Assembly: GCA_951406725.2 (NCBI GenBank)
Contig: OX597815.1
Location: 146,630,001-146,694,000 of the forward strand
Direction of reading: 5' to 3'
Source: Octopus vulgaris
Lineage: Eukaryota
Length of the DNA: 64,000 nucleotides
Positions 28,897 to 44,547 of the stretch are shown one piece after another. A program made the translations under genes and the position numbers. The notes beneath the pieces were generated by a model, which searched no databases, was not told the origin of the DNA, and was given only the letters and a program-made list of their open reading frames with translations. Numbering within the stretch: the first letter of the stretch is position 1; every line of letters begins with the position of its first letter.

Positions 28897-30196
28897 TCAA
28901 CCGGTAGTATGGAAATATCAATAATATATTCTGAAAATTCGCTAGCATAATAGAAGCAGGTTTAACTGACCTTCAGTTTCCTGTAATTCTTTTTTAATGT
29001 TTGATGAGATAATGGACCAAACAAACATTCTTTTTTAACCAACTACAAATAGATTAAAAAGGAAAGAATGCTTTAAATACGTCACTCATATAAATATTTT
29101 ATTTATCTTATACTTTATAGAGCCATCCTATTGTTAATGATGTTTTCAAGAAATCAACGTAGCTTCTTTCAAGAAATACAAGTTATGTATAATACATTTT
29201 TCCCCTTTATGTTTAAGTTATTTTCTATATATAGCAGCTGAATTCTGTAAGTTGTAAGCTTATCAGTTTTGGTTCTTCATGTTATCCTATGCTTACATTG
29301 TTTGTTTATTTTAACTCCAATGAAGAATTCTTAAATACACAAGAGGCAAACATACACGTCATTTCTACTTATTCTAAAATCTCTTAGACAGAATAGATCG
29401 TTCTCTCTCTCTCCCCCTCTCTATGGATCTCCGAAGTAAAAATTAGGCAGCTGCTCTTAAAATTTAGTGATTATGAATCAGCGAAATGTCAAGTTCCGTA
29501 GTCTTCTCAAATCTTTGTGTAAATCCAGTCATGTGTTTAAAAACGATAAAAGAGAAATGGGCAGTAGTTTTGACACTGGAAAGATATAAATTCGACTACT
29601 GCCCAGAGTAACGTAAGTATTCCCAGTAAGCACTTAATAGATAATTAGAATTGAAAGCTGAAGTTAATTTAAATAGATTTACCATACATTTGTTAAAAGT
29701 TATGGTGGCCTAACTGTGCAGCAATGGCGTGGCTGATACAAAATCTGTTTGCAACAAAACATCTAAGTAGTCCAATATAATTATCTTTATTTCATAAGTA
29801 GTCTAACCTTATGATCACATTAACACTTCTAATCTACACTTTGAGCATTTAAGCTGCTTAATCTCACCTATTCGTAATTTCTATGCTTCTCTTTTGAGCA
29901 AACATTTGATGTTTGAAAGATTTATCCGATTCCTTGACGCAGAGTTGTCTTCTCTGATCAATCAATTCATTCATGTTACTTTAAAGAAACAGAACCGTTT
30001 GCTTTATATAGTATCAACATGTATGTTATAAATTGTTGTTACTCCTTACTGATTTGGTAAGCTAGATTTTGATAGAAGAAATAACATCGCACTCGTTAAA
30101 ATAATGAATATCCCATGATATCCAGGCTATGATTTTCTAAAGTCCTTCTACCTTTTGTACATGCGCACAGAATACTGTATAAAAATTAATATATAT

Positions 30197-30245
<49 letters not shown>

Positions 30246-30363
30246 TACATACATACAGGGACAGATAGATAGATAAACGTCGGCAAGACCGCTTTTCAAA
30301 CACGTCGCTTCGGGTTTAGTCCAATAAGTGAAAGATTTAAATGATAAAAGTCAAAAGCATAAA

Positions 30364-30419
<56 letters not shown>

Positions 30420-30877
30420 TTATACATATATGTGTGTGTATGTGAGTGCGTGTGTGCGTTTGCGTGTGTGAGTTTGTGCGTGTTTGTGTTCAGTTAGCTG
30501 AAAGATTTAAGCCGCGATTCACTTGAAAGCTATCCTCTGACTGATTGTTATTCGAATCTATCACAAGTATTTAGAAAGTATTCGGGTTTCATGACGGGAT
30601 ATCGCCATGTATTCCTTGACTTTCCAAACGAAACCCCCACAAAAATTGTTACATTTATGTCTCCAGATATACACACACACACACTTTCGTATACACAGGC
30701 AGAGTTATTCATGTTACAACCATGGCGAGAGTCACAGATGGATATTAGCTATTAAATACATGCATTAGAAGTACTATTATTACTGTTTAAAGAGTGTCAA
30801 TCCTGATCGCTGCTATTTTACTCTTTTACTGAAGCCCACAACACCCTTTCCTCTCATTCCTACTCAATAAATCATCG

Positions 30878-30952
<75 letters not shown>

Positions 30953-31355
30953 TCAATTGAAATCCTGAAGAAAAGTTGTTTTTTACACGATGTAATTGTT
31001 TCGCTTATCAACAAAGAACACATCTGAAACAGCTGTTATGAACATCAGGCCATCAGTGTTATTGTTTATGCTTCACCACACTCGGAACCTTTCATGCGAT
31101 GGAGCTTGTGCCTATTGTGGATCGGGAAATACATGCCGGTATATACTCCTGTATGACTTCACATGCACACTTTGTATTTGGTCAATACTTGTGAATCTGT
31201 GCGTAACTAGAAAGACAATCTCCATATTCAATTTAGGAAGTGCGTGAGTGTCTGTACACATTGTTAGTGCACTGGTGCGCTGTCGCTGACTTTACCTTGG
31301 CACCTTTGTTATTTAAAACGCTGATTCCATCGAATCCTGGAAATTATATATATAT

Positions 31356-31592
31356 GGAAAAATGTCAAGGTAGAAAATGCTTAAATAATTTTATAGAAAA
31401 CGTTTCAGTACCGGTTTTAGTGATTAAGACTTTTTCAACTGTAAGTATGTAAAACAATGAAATTTTGGAAAAATTAAATGAAAATTTATTTTAAAAGAAT
31501 ATTTGCATATAGTGTTCAAATTCAAGTAACATTTCCTTGTTTCTGCCTGTTTCTGTCTCTCTTGTTTACCCCTGTGGGTTCGAGGTCGTTGT
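31356..31592 (-). mobile_element. Solo diverged 3'-terminal fragment of the Neptune-type PLE family, with decayed HHR at 31406-31441
   Basis: Colinear similarity to 45461-45690 (tttcagtaccggttt...ttttcaactgtaa...ttaaaagaatattt...gttcgagg); between TA tracts. Confidence 0.8.
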
Positions 31593-31597
31593 ATATA

Positions 31598-31685
<88 letters not shown>

Positions 31686-34489
31686 CAATGAAGAAATTAT
31701 TATTAGGTAATATTAATTATGAATTCTATCAAATCCAAGTTTTCATATGAAATTTGTCGACCATGTTCTCGACTCAACTTACAATTTCAAGGAGCATATT
31801 TCATCATTCCTAAAATATTCTTAGAAATATTACTATAATAAAGCTGGTAAATAATTGTTGTCTAACAATGTGTATATTCTATAAAATACTGATTACGTTA
31901 TATTAATTATCCGTTGTTTTTTCTTCGTGTCTAATCTCAGATCAGCTCGAAACTGGGAGGTTAGTTTTCACTATATTATGTAGAAATATCTATGACACGA
32001 CCACATGATGAGTCATTTCCATTTTCACGACAACAACAGGGATTTCAAGAAATGGCTTGAACTTAAAGTCCATCTTATTGACGATACGAAATATTAAATA
32101 TTTTGGAGTAAACAAAACCCATATTTTGTTCAAAGTAAAACCACCAACTTGGTTGATATTAGTACTTGATTCATAGTAATGTATTTTATACAGTGGTTGA
32201 GATTGTAAGAGAAATTAAGCGATGACTGCAACTATATTGGACTTGTCTTTTAATTGATTTCATAGAAATAGTACTGCCACTGTTTTAGGAAAAGCTTGTT
32301 CATCACAGAGCAAACTTTTCTTCCGGGCAAATATAAAGATTTTTGTATTCAGTTATAAGCAAATCGATATTATTTATTATTCGAAGATAATTTATTTACT
32401 TTCATAGGTAGTGAATGAAAATAAATTACTTTAGTGGCAAATATATCACCTAAATCGTATAAACCTGTCATGAGAGAAATACCTAGGAGCTATTAAACTG
32501 CAGTTCAACTTTTACTGTTTGAATACTGTAATCTTGTAGAACGCTAAGATATTAAGAAACACAGAAACATAAGTGCTTTATCACTGAGTTAATGCAGTCC
32601 TTATTATCAATTTAGGAACATACATCCCGAATTCGTAACATGTAAACTCTATGATTTTGAACTAGGAAATAAAAGCAATGTACCCTGGCATGTACGTGTT
32701 TGATGGTGTTCATTCACAGCAGTAAGCGACTTGTTTCATAAACACACACACACACAGACAAACACGCAAACACACACAGGGACATACACGCGCACACACA
32801 CATGGACACATGCACATGCACACACAACACACACACACACACACACACACACTGGTATACTTTTTGGAATAGAATACAATTTAGTAAGGAGGTCATTGAA
32901 ATTACAATAATTAATATAATTGTTTTGTAATTAATTCTTTTTGTTATCTTCAGAGACTCTGTGGTCTTATTACGTTAAATATCTTAAAATAAAATTAAAA
33001 GAAAAAACCTTAATTTTTTAAACTTATCCCCACCTCAAGCAGATTTTCCAATGTCAGTTAGAGCCACTCCCAAGATTTATGAAAGAGACAGGCTTAACTT
33101 ATGGATATAATTGTTGTGACTATGTGCTTGCATGTATACAAGAGCTATATACAAATATACAAACAAATATAAACATGTGTTTATAGGTATATATATGTGT
33201 ATGTTTATATAAACACATGTATATATGTATATTTATACACACACACACATATATATGGGTTGGCGCTTGGTGTAGTGCACAATTTGTTGCACTAACGATC
33301 GGAAAATCGTGGTGTCTGTTCCTGGAACCAGTGGTGCGTTGTCCTCTTGAGGAAACAGTTCATGTTAAACTGTTCTGCAGTCACTTTGACACCTCCTGAT
33401 GTGTGGTTCATTTGTTCAGGCAACATCGATTTAATGGAAATGATGAGCTAATTTACAGCTCATATATTTGGTCAACATATAACAAATAATTTATGCAGGT
33501 TGTTTATCAAGAAATTGTACAACCGTCTTGTGTACGTACGCGCACACACACACACACATATCATATGAAGCAACTCTCACTTCTTTGTCATTCGTGTTGT
33601 TGAAACTTACTTTCGATTGATGGCATCTGTACAGAGGTATACGCTGTAAATTCATTAAGCAGTCTTGTTGCGGAATTCACGAAGAGTCGGCATAGTTCAA
33701 AATATATAATAGTCTGATGTAATATTTTGAAGACGAACAACAATGTAGCCCTGAACAGAACTGTAAATTCGTACAACAATTGCCGAATAAGTGACATCAT
33801 GTGAATACCATTTCGCGACATCATGTGAATACCATTTCGCGACATCAAATAGTTATGCTATAAATCGTTGTGGAAATGTTTTGTATGTCTGTGTATGTAT
33901 CCATAAAAGAATAGATGACAGATGCACGTGTGTTTCAGTACGTCTGTGCGTGTGCGTGTGTGTGTGTGTGCGCGCGAGCATCTGTCGGCACGTGTGTTCT
34001 GAGAATACAAAAGCTCCGTTACTCAGATGAGTGTTAAATATCCTTCTATAAATTATGACATATTCTACTCCAGATAATTAAACAGACACGACTTTGAATA
34101 GATTCAGCAGCTAATAAATAATGACAGTAATCTCTAAAAATACTAAAAATAATAACAAAAATAAAGACGTGCGCTTTATAATTTGTATTTAAGAAAGAAA
34201 TGTTCAGTGAGTTATTTGGTCCGATAATAGGAGTGGGGTATTAAATAAAAGATCAATGAATGTTCCTCGACTATAGTAAACTTGCTTTTCAAAGGAAGCA
34301 TAGCTGCAGACTGCGATCGATGCTGTCTCGTTAGTAATACATAATTCATCTAAATTCTCTCAGTAGATGTAATAAATAAACAAAACAAATCAATTAATGC
34401 ATCAAAAACTTGTTTCTCAATAGAATTTTTTAGGTGATAAAGTGATATATTTCACTGGATTAAAATGTCGGCCGGTATCTTCTCTTAGC

Positions 34490-35330
34490 TTTAGTCGTGA
34501 TCATAGCTATAGCCTAGATCTGAGGTATGTCTTAACGTATAGTCAAAATTCCAACTAAAGTTAAGACTTTTTGCTGTTGATAAGAGTACAGATCTTGTCT
34601 TGGGATAGGATAAAGATTTTAGCTATAGTAAAAAATCTGAAGTATAGTTTGAATACATGATAAAGTTCTTAAATATCATTTTTAGCATGGATATGATCAT
34701 AGATATAGCCTTAGGATACAATAAAGAACTTAGCTACAGTTAAGATCTGTTGTATAACCTTAATAAAACTTAATTACTGGTAACATCTTAATATCGAGAC
34801 GTTGTAAATTAAAAGGATATTAGAAGTGTATAAGTAAAGATTTTATCCATAGTTAAGATCTGAGCTATAATTTTAATTGATAGCCAGGATCTTTGCTTAA
34901 TGTCTTTAGATGAAATTAAATGTAAAGGTCTATGCAATAGTTTAGATCTGAGATAGATTCTTACTCAATAACCAAGATTGTAGCTGACATGCAGCCGGAG
35001 CTATGGATAAGAGATTGATATTAAGAGGATAAGAGATTGATCTTAAGTCTCACTTATAGTTGAGTGCTTAAGCATCTTTGAGATCATAACTACAATATTA
35101 GGTCTACTTATTATGTAGATTCTTAGGTAAGAGATTTTAACTGTATTCTAACATATTGTTGAGAACTTAGTTTAGATAATAGGTGTAGAAGAGGTCCTAA
35201 GTTACAAGCTTCGGACAGTCTTATGTATAGGTTATAATATGATATAACTGATGTCTAAGATGCAGTGTTAAATATAACAGCGATGTTATTTATAGTCGAA
35301 ATCCCATGTGGAGTCTTAAGATTGAAGGTG
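34490..35330. repeat. Ancient degenerate minisatellite
   Basis: Recurring variants of taaagatcttagctatagttaagatctg (e.g. 34611, 34722, 34834). Confidence 0.6.
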
Positions 35331-36249
35331 TTTGATCTGCAGTTGTAATTTCCTTTGTTAAATTACTGGACTGAGCACTTGGGCCTTGAGTTATGGTCGT
35401 GAGAAAATCATTACTTTTCATGTTGTGTTAGTACCGATCGGCGACTGAAGCATTCTGGATGTAAGGTTGGATCATATAAAAGTGGGCCAAGAAAGTGTCT
35501 CTATCTTCCTGTAACTACACAGAAATATAAAACAATTAGCCACAACATAGTACCCATTAATAAACCATACTCGCTCACGTGTGATAATTCGTTGTACTTT
35601 CATAATATCGCTATTTTCAGTCTAGTTTAACTATACTATTAGATACAGTGTTAAGAAGATTTTAGGTATTGTCTTAGGTAGCATAGGTAAAGACTTACAT
35701 ATATAATACGATTCAATCTGCTTCAATATGTTTTCCAATATTACAAATGTAACACGAGTGAATCATAATGTATCTAAGAAGTGGAAAAAATGCCGTAAGT
35801 GACTTCAAAACTCCAAGCTTTGTAATAACTCTGCAGTACTCTAATAACGTTATTTCACATTATCACGCAACTATATTCGAAAGGCTCGGTTAATGGTATC
35901 GATCTAGGATAGCTCCTAGTAAAATATTCTATGGAACGTAGAAGGAAAAATTGAATGTTGATTTAAGTGGAGTTTTTACAAAGGAAACATAGAAAGACAG
36001 TATAGAAAAAAGGTATCGATCGGTAGTCTACCGATATTTTCAATTTCAATTTTGGGTGACGGCATTAATAATAACGACATCTCAAAGTAGTGCACTTTTT
36101 GAGTTGTGGCTACAGTCAATTATATTGATCTATTGTGTACCATTGATGATGGGGATTTGAAATCAGAAGATAAAGGGTTGTATCGAGATACTGCAAGGCA
36201 TTTTATCCTGCTCTCGATAATTTCGAACAATCCTGTCTATAATCATAAT

Positions 36250-36465
36250 CAATTCAAATTTCGGCACAAGGCCTGAAATTTGGGGAAGGGGATTAGTCTA
36301 TTACTTCGATACCAGTGCTCTACAGGTTATCATTTCGTCGACACCGAGAGATGATGGGCAAAATTACTTCATTGAAATTTGAACACAGAATGGGGAAGCA
36401 GACTAAAATGTCGCTAAGCATTTTGATGGGCGTGCTAACGATTCTCTCAGCTTGATGTCTTGCCC
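36250..36465 (-). mobile_element. SINE family B
   Basis: Reverse complement agctgagagaatcgttagcacgccc..aaatgcttagcgacattt...gttcaaattt...ggccttgtgcc. Confidence 0.7.
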
Positions 36466-36544
36466 TTTGAAGCAGTAACAACAACAAGAAAAGCAGCAAC
36501 AATAATAGCAATAACAACAAGCACAAAAATAATAACGAAAACTG

Positions 36545-36613
<69 letters not shown>

Positions 36614-37596
36614 TCTCGGTCATATTGCCCTTAGATAATGTTTCTTTAAGGATATTGAAAGAACACCCATGTTTCTAGAGGTGGGTTATCCAAAGCCCAA
36701 AGTCTTCCACTCGGCACATGATTATGATGCTCCCCGCCCACTACTTCTGCTCCTAAGAGATGCATATATTGTTTGTCACCAAATGATATGTTCAAATGTT
36801 TAAGGTCAAGCATCATATAAGCAGCAGCTGCTACGTATTTTATCGATTCTAGATTATAAAAGCATATTTGATGACGCAGGTTTTCAAATGTGAGCCAAAG
36901 GGGAAACAACTCGGCAGAGCAAAAATTTTCTTTAAGTTCTTGTGTAGCTTCAAACCAATCTTCTTTAATTACGTCACTAAAGTTAATGACAAGGTCATAA
37001 ATAGAGAATTCCTTTCATTTCTAATATAACATTGACCTCTGTTGCTTGGTTTTATTTATAAAACTGGTGGTGGTAGTGATTTTAAAATTCCTTATCTGAG
37101 TAGGAAATTTGGAATCTACACATCAGGAGGCATCTTGTTAAATATAAAACGAAAACTATTATTTATTCGATAAGTAATAAGCTATATTAGTTTCCAAGAA
37201 ATTTCAACCGTCTTTTCTTCTTAAAGCTGAATCTAAGCCAGCATATAGAATATTTTAATGATTGCTGGATTGAGAAATCACTTTCATGTAGAGCAAACAT
37301 ATATACATACATTAGCTGGCCAGAACAAACAGCATAGAATAAAGATGAAAAGAAGCGGATTACACCGTTACAACTGTAATTTAGAAGACATTTTCTCCTT
37401 CACTTACATTCACATTGAAAAGCTGAATGGTTGCAGAACTCAAATTGTTCGCATACACCTTACCTATGAGGCTATTTAAACGGTTCTTCAAAGAAATTTA
37501 AATCTCATTAGATATTTAATAAATCTGACGATTAAAGATTCTGATGCAGTCAACGTTGGATTTTAGTTTTCCTATTCATTTCCGTATAGAAAGACT

Positions 37597-38030
37597 GGTT
37601 GTTGTCCGCAGTGGTAATGGTGCAGCTAATAGTGCAGCTGTCGCTGTTGTTGTTGTTATTGGTAATGGTTGTAGTGGTGGTGGAGGTGCTACTAGTGCAG
37701 CTGTCGTTGTTGTTATTGGTGATGATAGAAGTAGTGGTGTTAGCGCTGCTATCATTGTTGTTGTTGCTGTTAATGATGTTGGTGACATTCGTGCAGCTGT
37801 TAAGGCTGCCGTCATCGCTATTGTTTATTTTTTAAAATTTTGCTAACCGTGATGCTGTTGTTGAATGTTGTTGGTAGTGATGATAGTGATGTTGATGATG
37901 TTGCTGGTATTGCTGTTAGTGGTGATGCTGTTAGCTTTGTCTATGATATTACTGTGGTTGTAACTGTTGTTGTTATTGTTGTTGGTTGTATAGTCGTTGT
38001 CGTTGTTGATGCTGGTGGTGTTTGCAGTGG
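37597..38030. repeat. Degenerate (GNT)n trinucleotide low-complexity tract
   Basis: gtt/gct/ggt/gat periodicity with a short internal duplication (tagtgcagctgtcg). Confidence 0.85.
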
Positions 38031-39419
38031 TTTTCTTGCTGTTTTTATAGTTTAACTTAATAATTTAGTCCCTGGCAAATAAAAAAAAATGGCATGTTCA
38101 AGTTGGAATATATTTAAGTCCAAAGTCTACTTTGTCTTCGCATCATTCGTAGTCATAAGTTCCCCTGGCAAGTTTTAGATAAATTCTCAAATTAAAATAT
38201 TAATATTAATCCAAAATCTTAAATTCATTTCCTATTAAGTAATTGTATCGCTGGAATATAGAAGCAACGTTTCCATGTGTCAAATCAATCATTTACAAAT
38301 AGTGCTTGGATGCAACCAACAGCTACTACATACATTCCAATACTCAAGCTTACACTGACTAGTCAAACAAGACGCAAGCTTCGCAGTATAGTTAAAAAAT
38401 TTATTTATTTATATTTATTTATTATAAGTCATTTGAGTGTGATTTGATCTGATAGTGCGGCACATTAGCAAAGGCTTCTATTACTGATGTATGTCGGCTA
38501 AAGTAATTTCAGTAGTATTTAGTAGATAAAATTTTGAGAAAGATATCTGAAGACTGGTAAATATTCTTGGATAATAGATTAAGTTCCAACCTAGGATTAA
38601 CGCCGTAACTTAGCCATTGAGCGGTTTTAGTAGATATGAAACTGACGTAAGCTTAGAGGTCATGAGTTCAGCCTACAAACAAATATATCTATCCCACAAA
38701 CTCGTCGCGGATGTCAGAGATTCATCATTGTCTGTGCTCTTCTTCATTCGGTAAAGCCATTTGCAAAATTTTAAAAGTACATTGAACATATACACAAATC
38801 AAGAAGCTGTAACCATATGTGAACAGACAAAGTAGCTATAACGAAATTTAAATTTTTAAAATGAGATCAATAAACAAGACATATAAATGTCAGGAATTTG
38901 AAACTGTGTGAAACAAAATTTTATTAAATATACGAAAAAAAATGTAATTATATTTATTGAGAAAATTTAATTATAAATACTGAAATAAGAAATAAAATGT
39001 AAATTGACCTTTTAAGAAGTTTTGAACACCACAGAAGTAGATGGTGTAATGTTCGTGAAAACTTCCCGTTACATTATAAAATGTTGCACTTATTTGCGGG
39101 TTTTTTTACGCAATATGGTAGTATGTTTACTGAGTTAACTTCGTAATTATGAATGCTCCAATTCAATTTCACTGGCATCTTAAGCAAGTGTATTTACTGT
39201 AGCCTTGTGTTGACCCAACCCTTATGAGTAAGGCTCAGTTCACGGAAATTGTATCGAAGTCCTTCAAATTGAGTTTACCGGGTAATTGCACAACACACCT
39301 TGTCTGAGTGTGTCACAGTGATGTCAGTTACACCAAGGGCACAGGTGTCTGTGCTATACTCAACCATATACACACTAAGACACACATACGTAGATATACG
39401 TACGAATGTTTTCCTTTAC

Positions 39420-39545
39420 CTACTTCACTCACAATGTATTGATTGGCCAGGAGCTATAATAGAACACACTTGCCAAAGGTTCCAAGTAGTGGGGCTGAAC
39501 CTGCAACTACGTGATTGAAAAGAAAGTCTTAACCTCAAAGCCATG
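39420..39545 (-). mobile_element. SINE family A head fragment
   Basis: gctataatagaacacacttgccaaagg...gggctgaacc similar to 2770-2860. Confidence 0.6.
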
Positions 39546-40992
39546 TCTATTTCATATAGGAATTTTGTTGTACGATGTATTATAAATAAATGTTCGAATT
39601 TTACTTCATTCGTATCTGTTTTCTCATACCCGTTGTTATTCACGTAGATGTATGAAACTTTACCAACCGTGAATGAAAATGTCTTTGAGGGCTAAATTTT
39701 TCATAGAGAGTAGATACGTAAAAGCGTGTCCCATATATTTGATTATAACGCGAATATTGTCTAACTATGACGTCTAATAGAGCTCTGGATAGTGTGGTAG
39801 CTCGTACTTGAATACATGACCTGAGAAAACCGCATTAAAGAATTATCATGGAGTAGCTTAATCCAAGAAAATATCCTTTTGATCGTGACTGGAGTGTCCT
39901 TGATCCAAGGAATTTGTTATTGGAAATAGCATGGAATTTAACAAAGACAACAGTAGAATTCCATATAGGCTGGATAGAACGGTGCAATTACAATGTGATA
40001 GTCACAGAACAGCGCACTTTATGATTATCAGCAATCAGAAACTGAGAACAATTAGATTACAGTGAGAAGGCCGAAACATCTAACGGTTCGCACGGTACAT
40101 TTCATAACAGCTTGGTTTTCCAGATCAGTGATGATATCGAACATGGAGATAGATAATCGAGAGACAGAGAACAGAAAGAAAACGAACAAATTTCGTTCTT
40201 CTAATTTTCCCAACCGATCTATTCAGAGGCATTAGAAGACAATCTGACGAACGCTTCAGTTTGAAACAACTGTACCTCATACCAAATTGTTCTCGCGTGA
40301 AGAATGGAAAACGACTAATGTTTGTACTGTTTTGACATTATTCTTGAATTCTCGACTTATACCATCCCTAATTTTGTTGGAATGGTACTGTCATTCTCCA
40401 TGATCGCTTGACATCTTGTTTCTGCTTCACTGATTGACGTATACTGCTGCGCCAGTGAAATTTTAAGTAAAATGTAATGGACTTTCGCAGTTGGATATAT
40501 TTGGAAACGTTACAAGACATCACATTCTGACAAACATCAGCGGTCGAAATATTGTTACCCGACTGAAATCAACGAAATTGCTACGTTTTTGTCTCAAAGC
40601 AATCCTCGTTACCAATCAGCTACGCTGCATTAAATTCTTTTTCTGTCTCTCATCTTTTTATTTGTTTCATTCATTCGAATACGGTCATACTGGATCACTA
40701 TCTTTAAAGGACTATTAAAATACAACGAATCTGGTATATATTTCTAAGTCAGCTGTTTATTCTGTTACATTTTTTTGACGAGCCAGTAAGTTATGGTGAC
40801 ATAAACAAAGGAAAAGTGGCATAACACACTTAGTCACGTTTACAAAGGGATTGTATGCCCCTTTATTAGACTAATGTCTTTAGTCATTGCATGGTGATCG
40901 CCATAAGTTTTAAGATTATATAGAAATATCATTATTATCATATACAGGATTGTAAAACACGGGACCGTATAAAAGAACCATTTCGCACCGAA

Positions 40993-41048
<56 letters not shown>

Positions 41049-41166
41049 CGCGCACACACGCACATATATGATTTTCTTTCTATTATGACTGAAACAAGTA
41101 AGATAATAAAAGTATAGAAGATTATATGCGATTATGTGTAAGTACTTTGTCATTTGTCTGTGCGAG

Positions 41167-41740
<574 letters not shown>

Positions 41741-42248
41741 AATAAAAAAATATATATACATATACATATACATATGTAGAGAGTGAGATAGATAAAAATG
41801 CATGTAACTTGTATGAATGAGTGTCTGTGTGCACTTAATATGATTTGAAGATTAATCAACGGAAAAATCTAACTTGAAATTTCACTGTGCCGATAAGCAA
41901 AAATTATCCTACAAAAAAATCTTTAAAGTATGTAGTCAATTTATGGAGACATTCTGAAAAAAACTTTCAATAGCTTAATATATTAAAAACTACAAATTTC
42001 AGCATTAAACTTTTTTCTAATGTTTTATTTTTCAAGAAAGCATTTGATATATTATAAAATAATCTCTTTAAACTGTCTGCCTGTTTGTTTAACACATAAC
42101 ACGAAATATTATTTGATAAATAGGCGACGAAAAACTTTAAAGTACAAAAACAAATAGCGTAATATTTCATTGTATATACACACACAGGCACATAGTGTGT
42201 ACATGCGTGTGTGTTTGTGTGTGTTTGTTTGTGTGTGTGTGTGTGTGT

Positions 42249-42279
<31 letters not shown>

Positions 42280-43204
42280 ATTCCCGATATTCAAGTGTTC
42301 TACTTAAAATTACCGCAGTCTGTGTCCAGTTGTTCATTCGAACCCGATCCGAAATGGAAATCGACTGCCATTACTTTTATGTAAACGATTAGAACATTGC
42401 AAATTATAACGCATGAAATCTAGGCTAAATTTGGAAATCCAAGAATGTAGAAAGAATTTATCCACCAATGCTGTGTTGAGTGCTCATTCTCGTGTGTGTG
42501 TGTGCGTGTGTGTGTGTGTGCGAGTGGAAAAATAATACTTGATATGATACAAGACAGTGTGTGGAAAAAGAATTAATTATAGCGTGGAAGAGGCATATTA
42601 GGCAACAACCAACACAAAGTCAGGTAACTTACATTCAGCAAAGATCAATGGAAATTTCTCATTGACCAGGTCGCAACTGGCGCGACGAAAATTTTGATTC
42701 TGAATAACAAATGTTTTAGTGAAGTCAATAGTTTAAGTTTTTTCATTGGTAAATATGTCTTTCCACTCTTTAATAGTGATATATGTGTGTGTATGTGCTT
42801 GTGTATGTATGTGTGTCTATACACATCTAAATCTTTGTACGTGTATATTAAGTCAGGACTGTTCATTGGTGCATGGTAATCTTTAATGAGGAAGTACTGC
42901 ACTCATATGTGGTGCGTACCTTTCCTCACATGGTGAAACATATATATAAGCTTAGTGTCCGGTGCGCTAGTGATTCTACCTGCTCATCACCATTCACAGT
43001 AATAAGAATAATAAGTTCAACTTTAAGTACAAGTGTGCAATTTTGGGCTTAGTTGATTATATCGACCCAAGTGATACTCATTTAATTGACATTGAAAGAT
43101 GACATGCAAAGTCGGCCACTAAATGTTTTGACAAGCGTAGTAACGGTTCCTCCAGGTCCTTAGCAAATAAAAACATCAACAAGAACAACAACAATAATAA
43201 TGAT

Positions 43205-43765
43205 GATGAATGCCCTGATGCAGTACCAGACATTGGCTTTCATGGCTCCTGATGTTAACTGGAAGTGTTATCATATACATTGTTTTGTCTTGACATAAAA
43301 GATGGGCTACGGCAAATATTCTGCTCAATACCACAGATTTGCTTGTCAGTTGTTTAACCTTAACAAGTTGACTATGTCTCTTAGTGGCTGACGATATGTG
43401 CATCTCTGATCACGAGCAGAAGTAGTGGGGGTGCATCATAGACGTGTGTTGAAATGAATTCTTAGAGGTTTGGATAATTCACCTTTGGAAACATGAGTGG
43501 TCCGTTCAACATCCTTAAACAATCCTTATTCAGTGATCTTTTGAGCGGGATGGGCTACTCGACCAGAAGAAAACTCAACTGTGACCTACCTGCAAGGTCA
43601 TGTGCTGTTTATCTTGATATGAGATCACCATATCGCGCACATATGTTTGTGATGCATGTGCCTGGTGTACCCTTATGAGACGGGTAGTCATGATGGGTAT
43701 ACTTGGATTCGTATATTTTATCCCAGTGTCACTTTGATGGCATGCACTGCTCTCTCACTCACTCA
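43205..43765. repeat. Unclassified interspersed repeat next to (AAT)n; partial inverted copy at ~36640-36812
   Basis: gagcagaagtagtggg...tggataa..cacct.tggaaacatg...atccttaaa matches the reverse complement of 36640-36812. Confidence 0.7.
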
Positions 43766-43779
43766 ATAATAATAATAAT

Positions 43780-43829
<50 letters not shown>

Positions 43830-43891
43830 CAAGAAAATAATATTACGAGGAAAAAAACAAGAAGCATTGTAATGCTTGTATTTTTAAGAGT

Positions 43892-43928
<37 letters not shown>

Positions 43929-43976
43929 TATTTATGCACATTAGACATATACATAGATACATACATGCATATACAT

Positions 43977-44051
<75 letters not shown>

Positions 44052-44230
44052 TAGTTGAATGAATTATCTTGTTTTGGATAATTCGGTTAACCGATACCTG
44101 GGTAGCAAATTCACATCAGAGAAGACACGGTTGAAGTTACGTGCTTTCGTGTGGAAATTTTTATGTTTTTTTTTTAAATATAAATATATGAGAGAATGGA
44201 GTTGAACGAGGAATTAACAAAATTCCTTTA

Positions 44231-44313
44231 TTTTCTACATATGTTTCGAAGGCTGCATATACCTAATTGCGAAGGAGTAAGGAGTATATTATGCCGCTTT
44301 CTCATCAGGAAAA
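44231..44313 (-). ncRNA. Type I hammerhead ribozyme, canonical core, extended stem II (opposite strand)
   Basis: Reverse complement reads ttttc-CTGATGA-...-GAAA-catatg-TA-gaaaa (GUA site). Confidence 0.85.
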
Positions 44314-44427
44314 GCAAGGAACTTATGTCCACATCAAGATGCACAAAAAATAATTATCGCTATGGGCTCCGTGTGAGCAGTCATCTAAAAGTTTTTGTGC
44401 ATCTCGATGTTGACATAAGTTCCTTGC

Positions 44428-44510
44428 TTTTCCTGATGAGAAAGCGGCATAATATACTCCTTATTCCTTCGCAATTAGGAATATGCAGCCTTCGAAACAT
44501 ATGTCGAAAA
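44428..44510 (+). ncRNA. Type I hammerhead ribozyme, canonical core, extended stem II
   Basis: ttttc-CTGATGA-gaaagcggcata...tatgcagccttc-GAAA-catatg-TC-gaaaa; 5 bp stem I, palindromic stem III ACATATGT, GUC site (predicted cut after 44505). Confidence 0.85.
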
Positions 44511-44547
44511 TAAAGGAATTTTGTTAATTCATCGTTCAACTCCATTC

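Noticed and set aside
33792-33846. 24 bp tandem repeat (~2.3 copies); also a 20 bp duplication at ~15728-15766
   Set aside because: Simple local duplications with no spacers; not CRISPR-like.
37544-38055. Val/Ala/Gly-rich ORFs
   Set aside because: Degenerate (GNT)n low-complexity tract.
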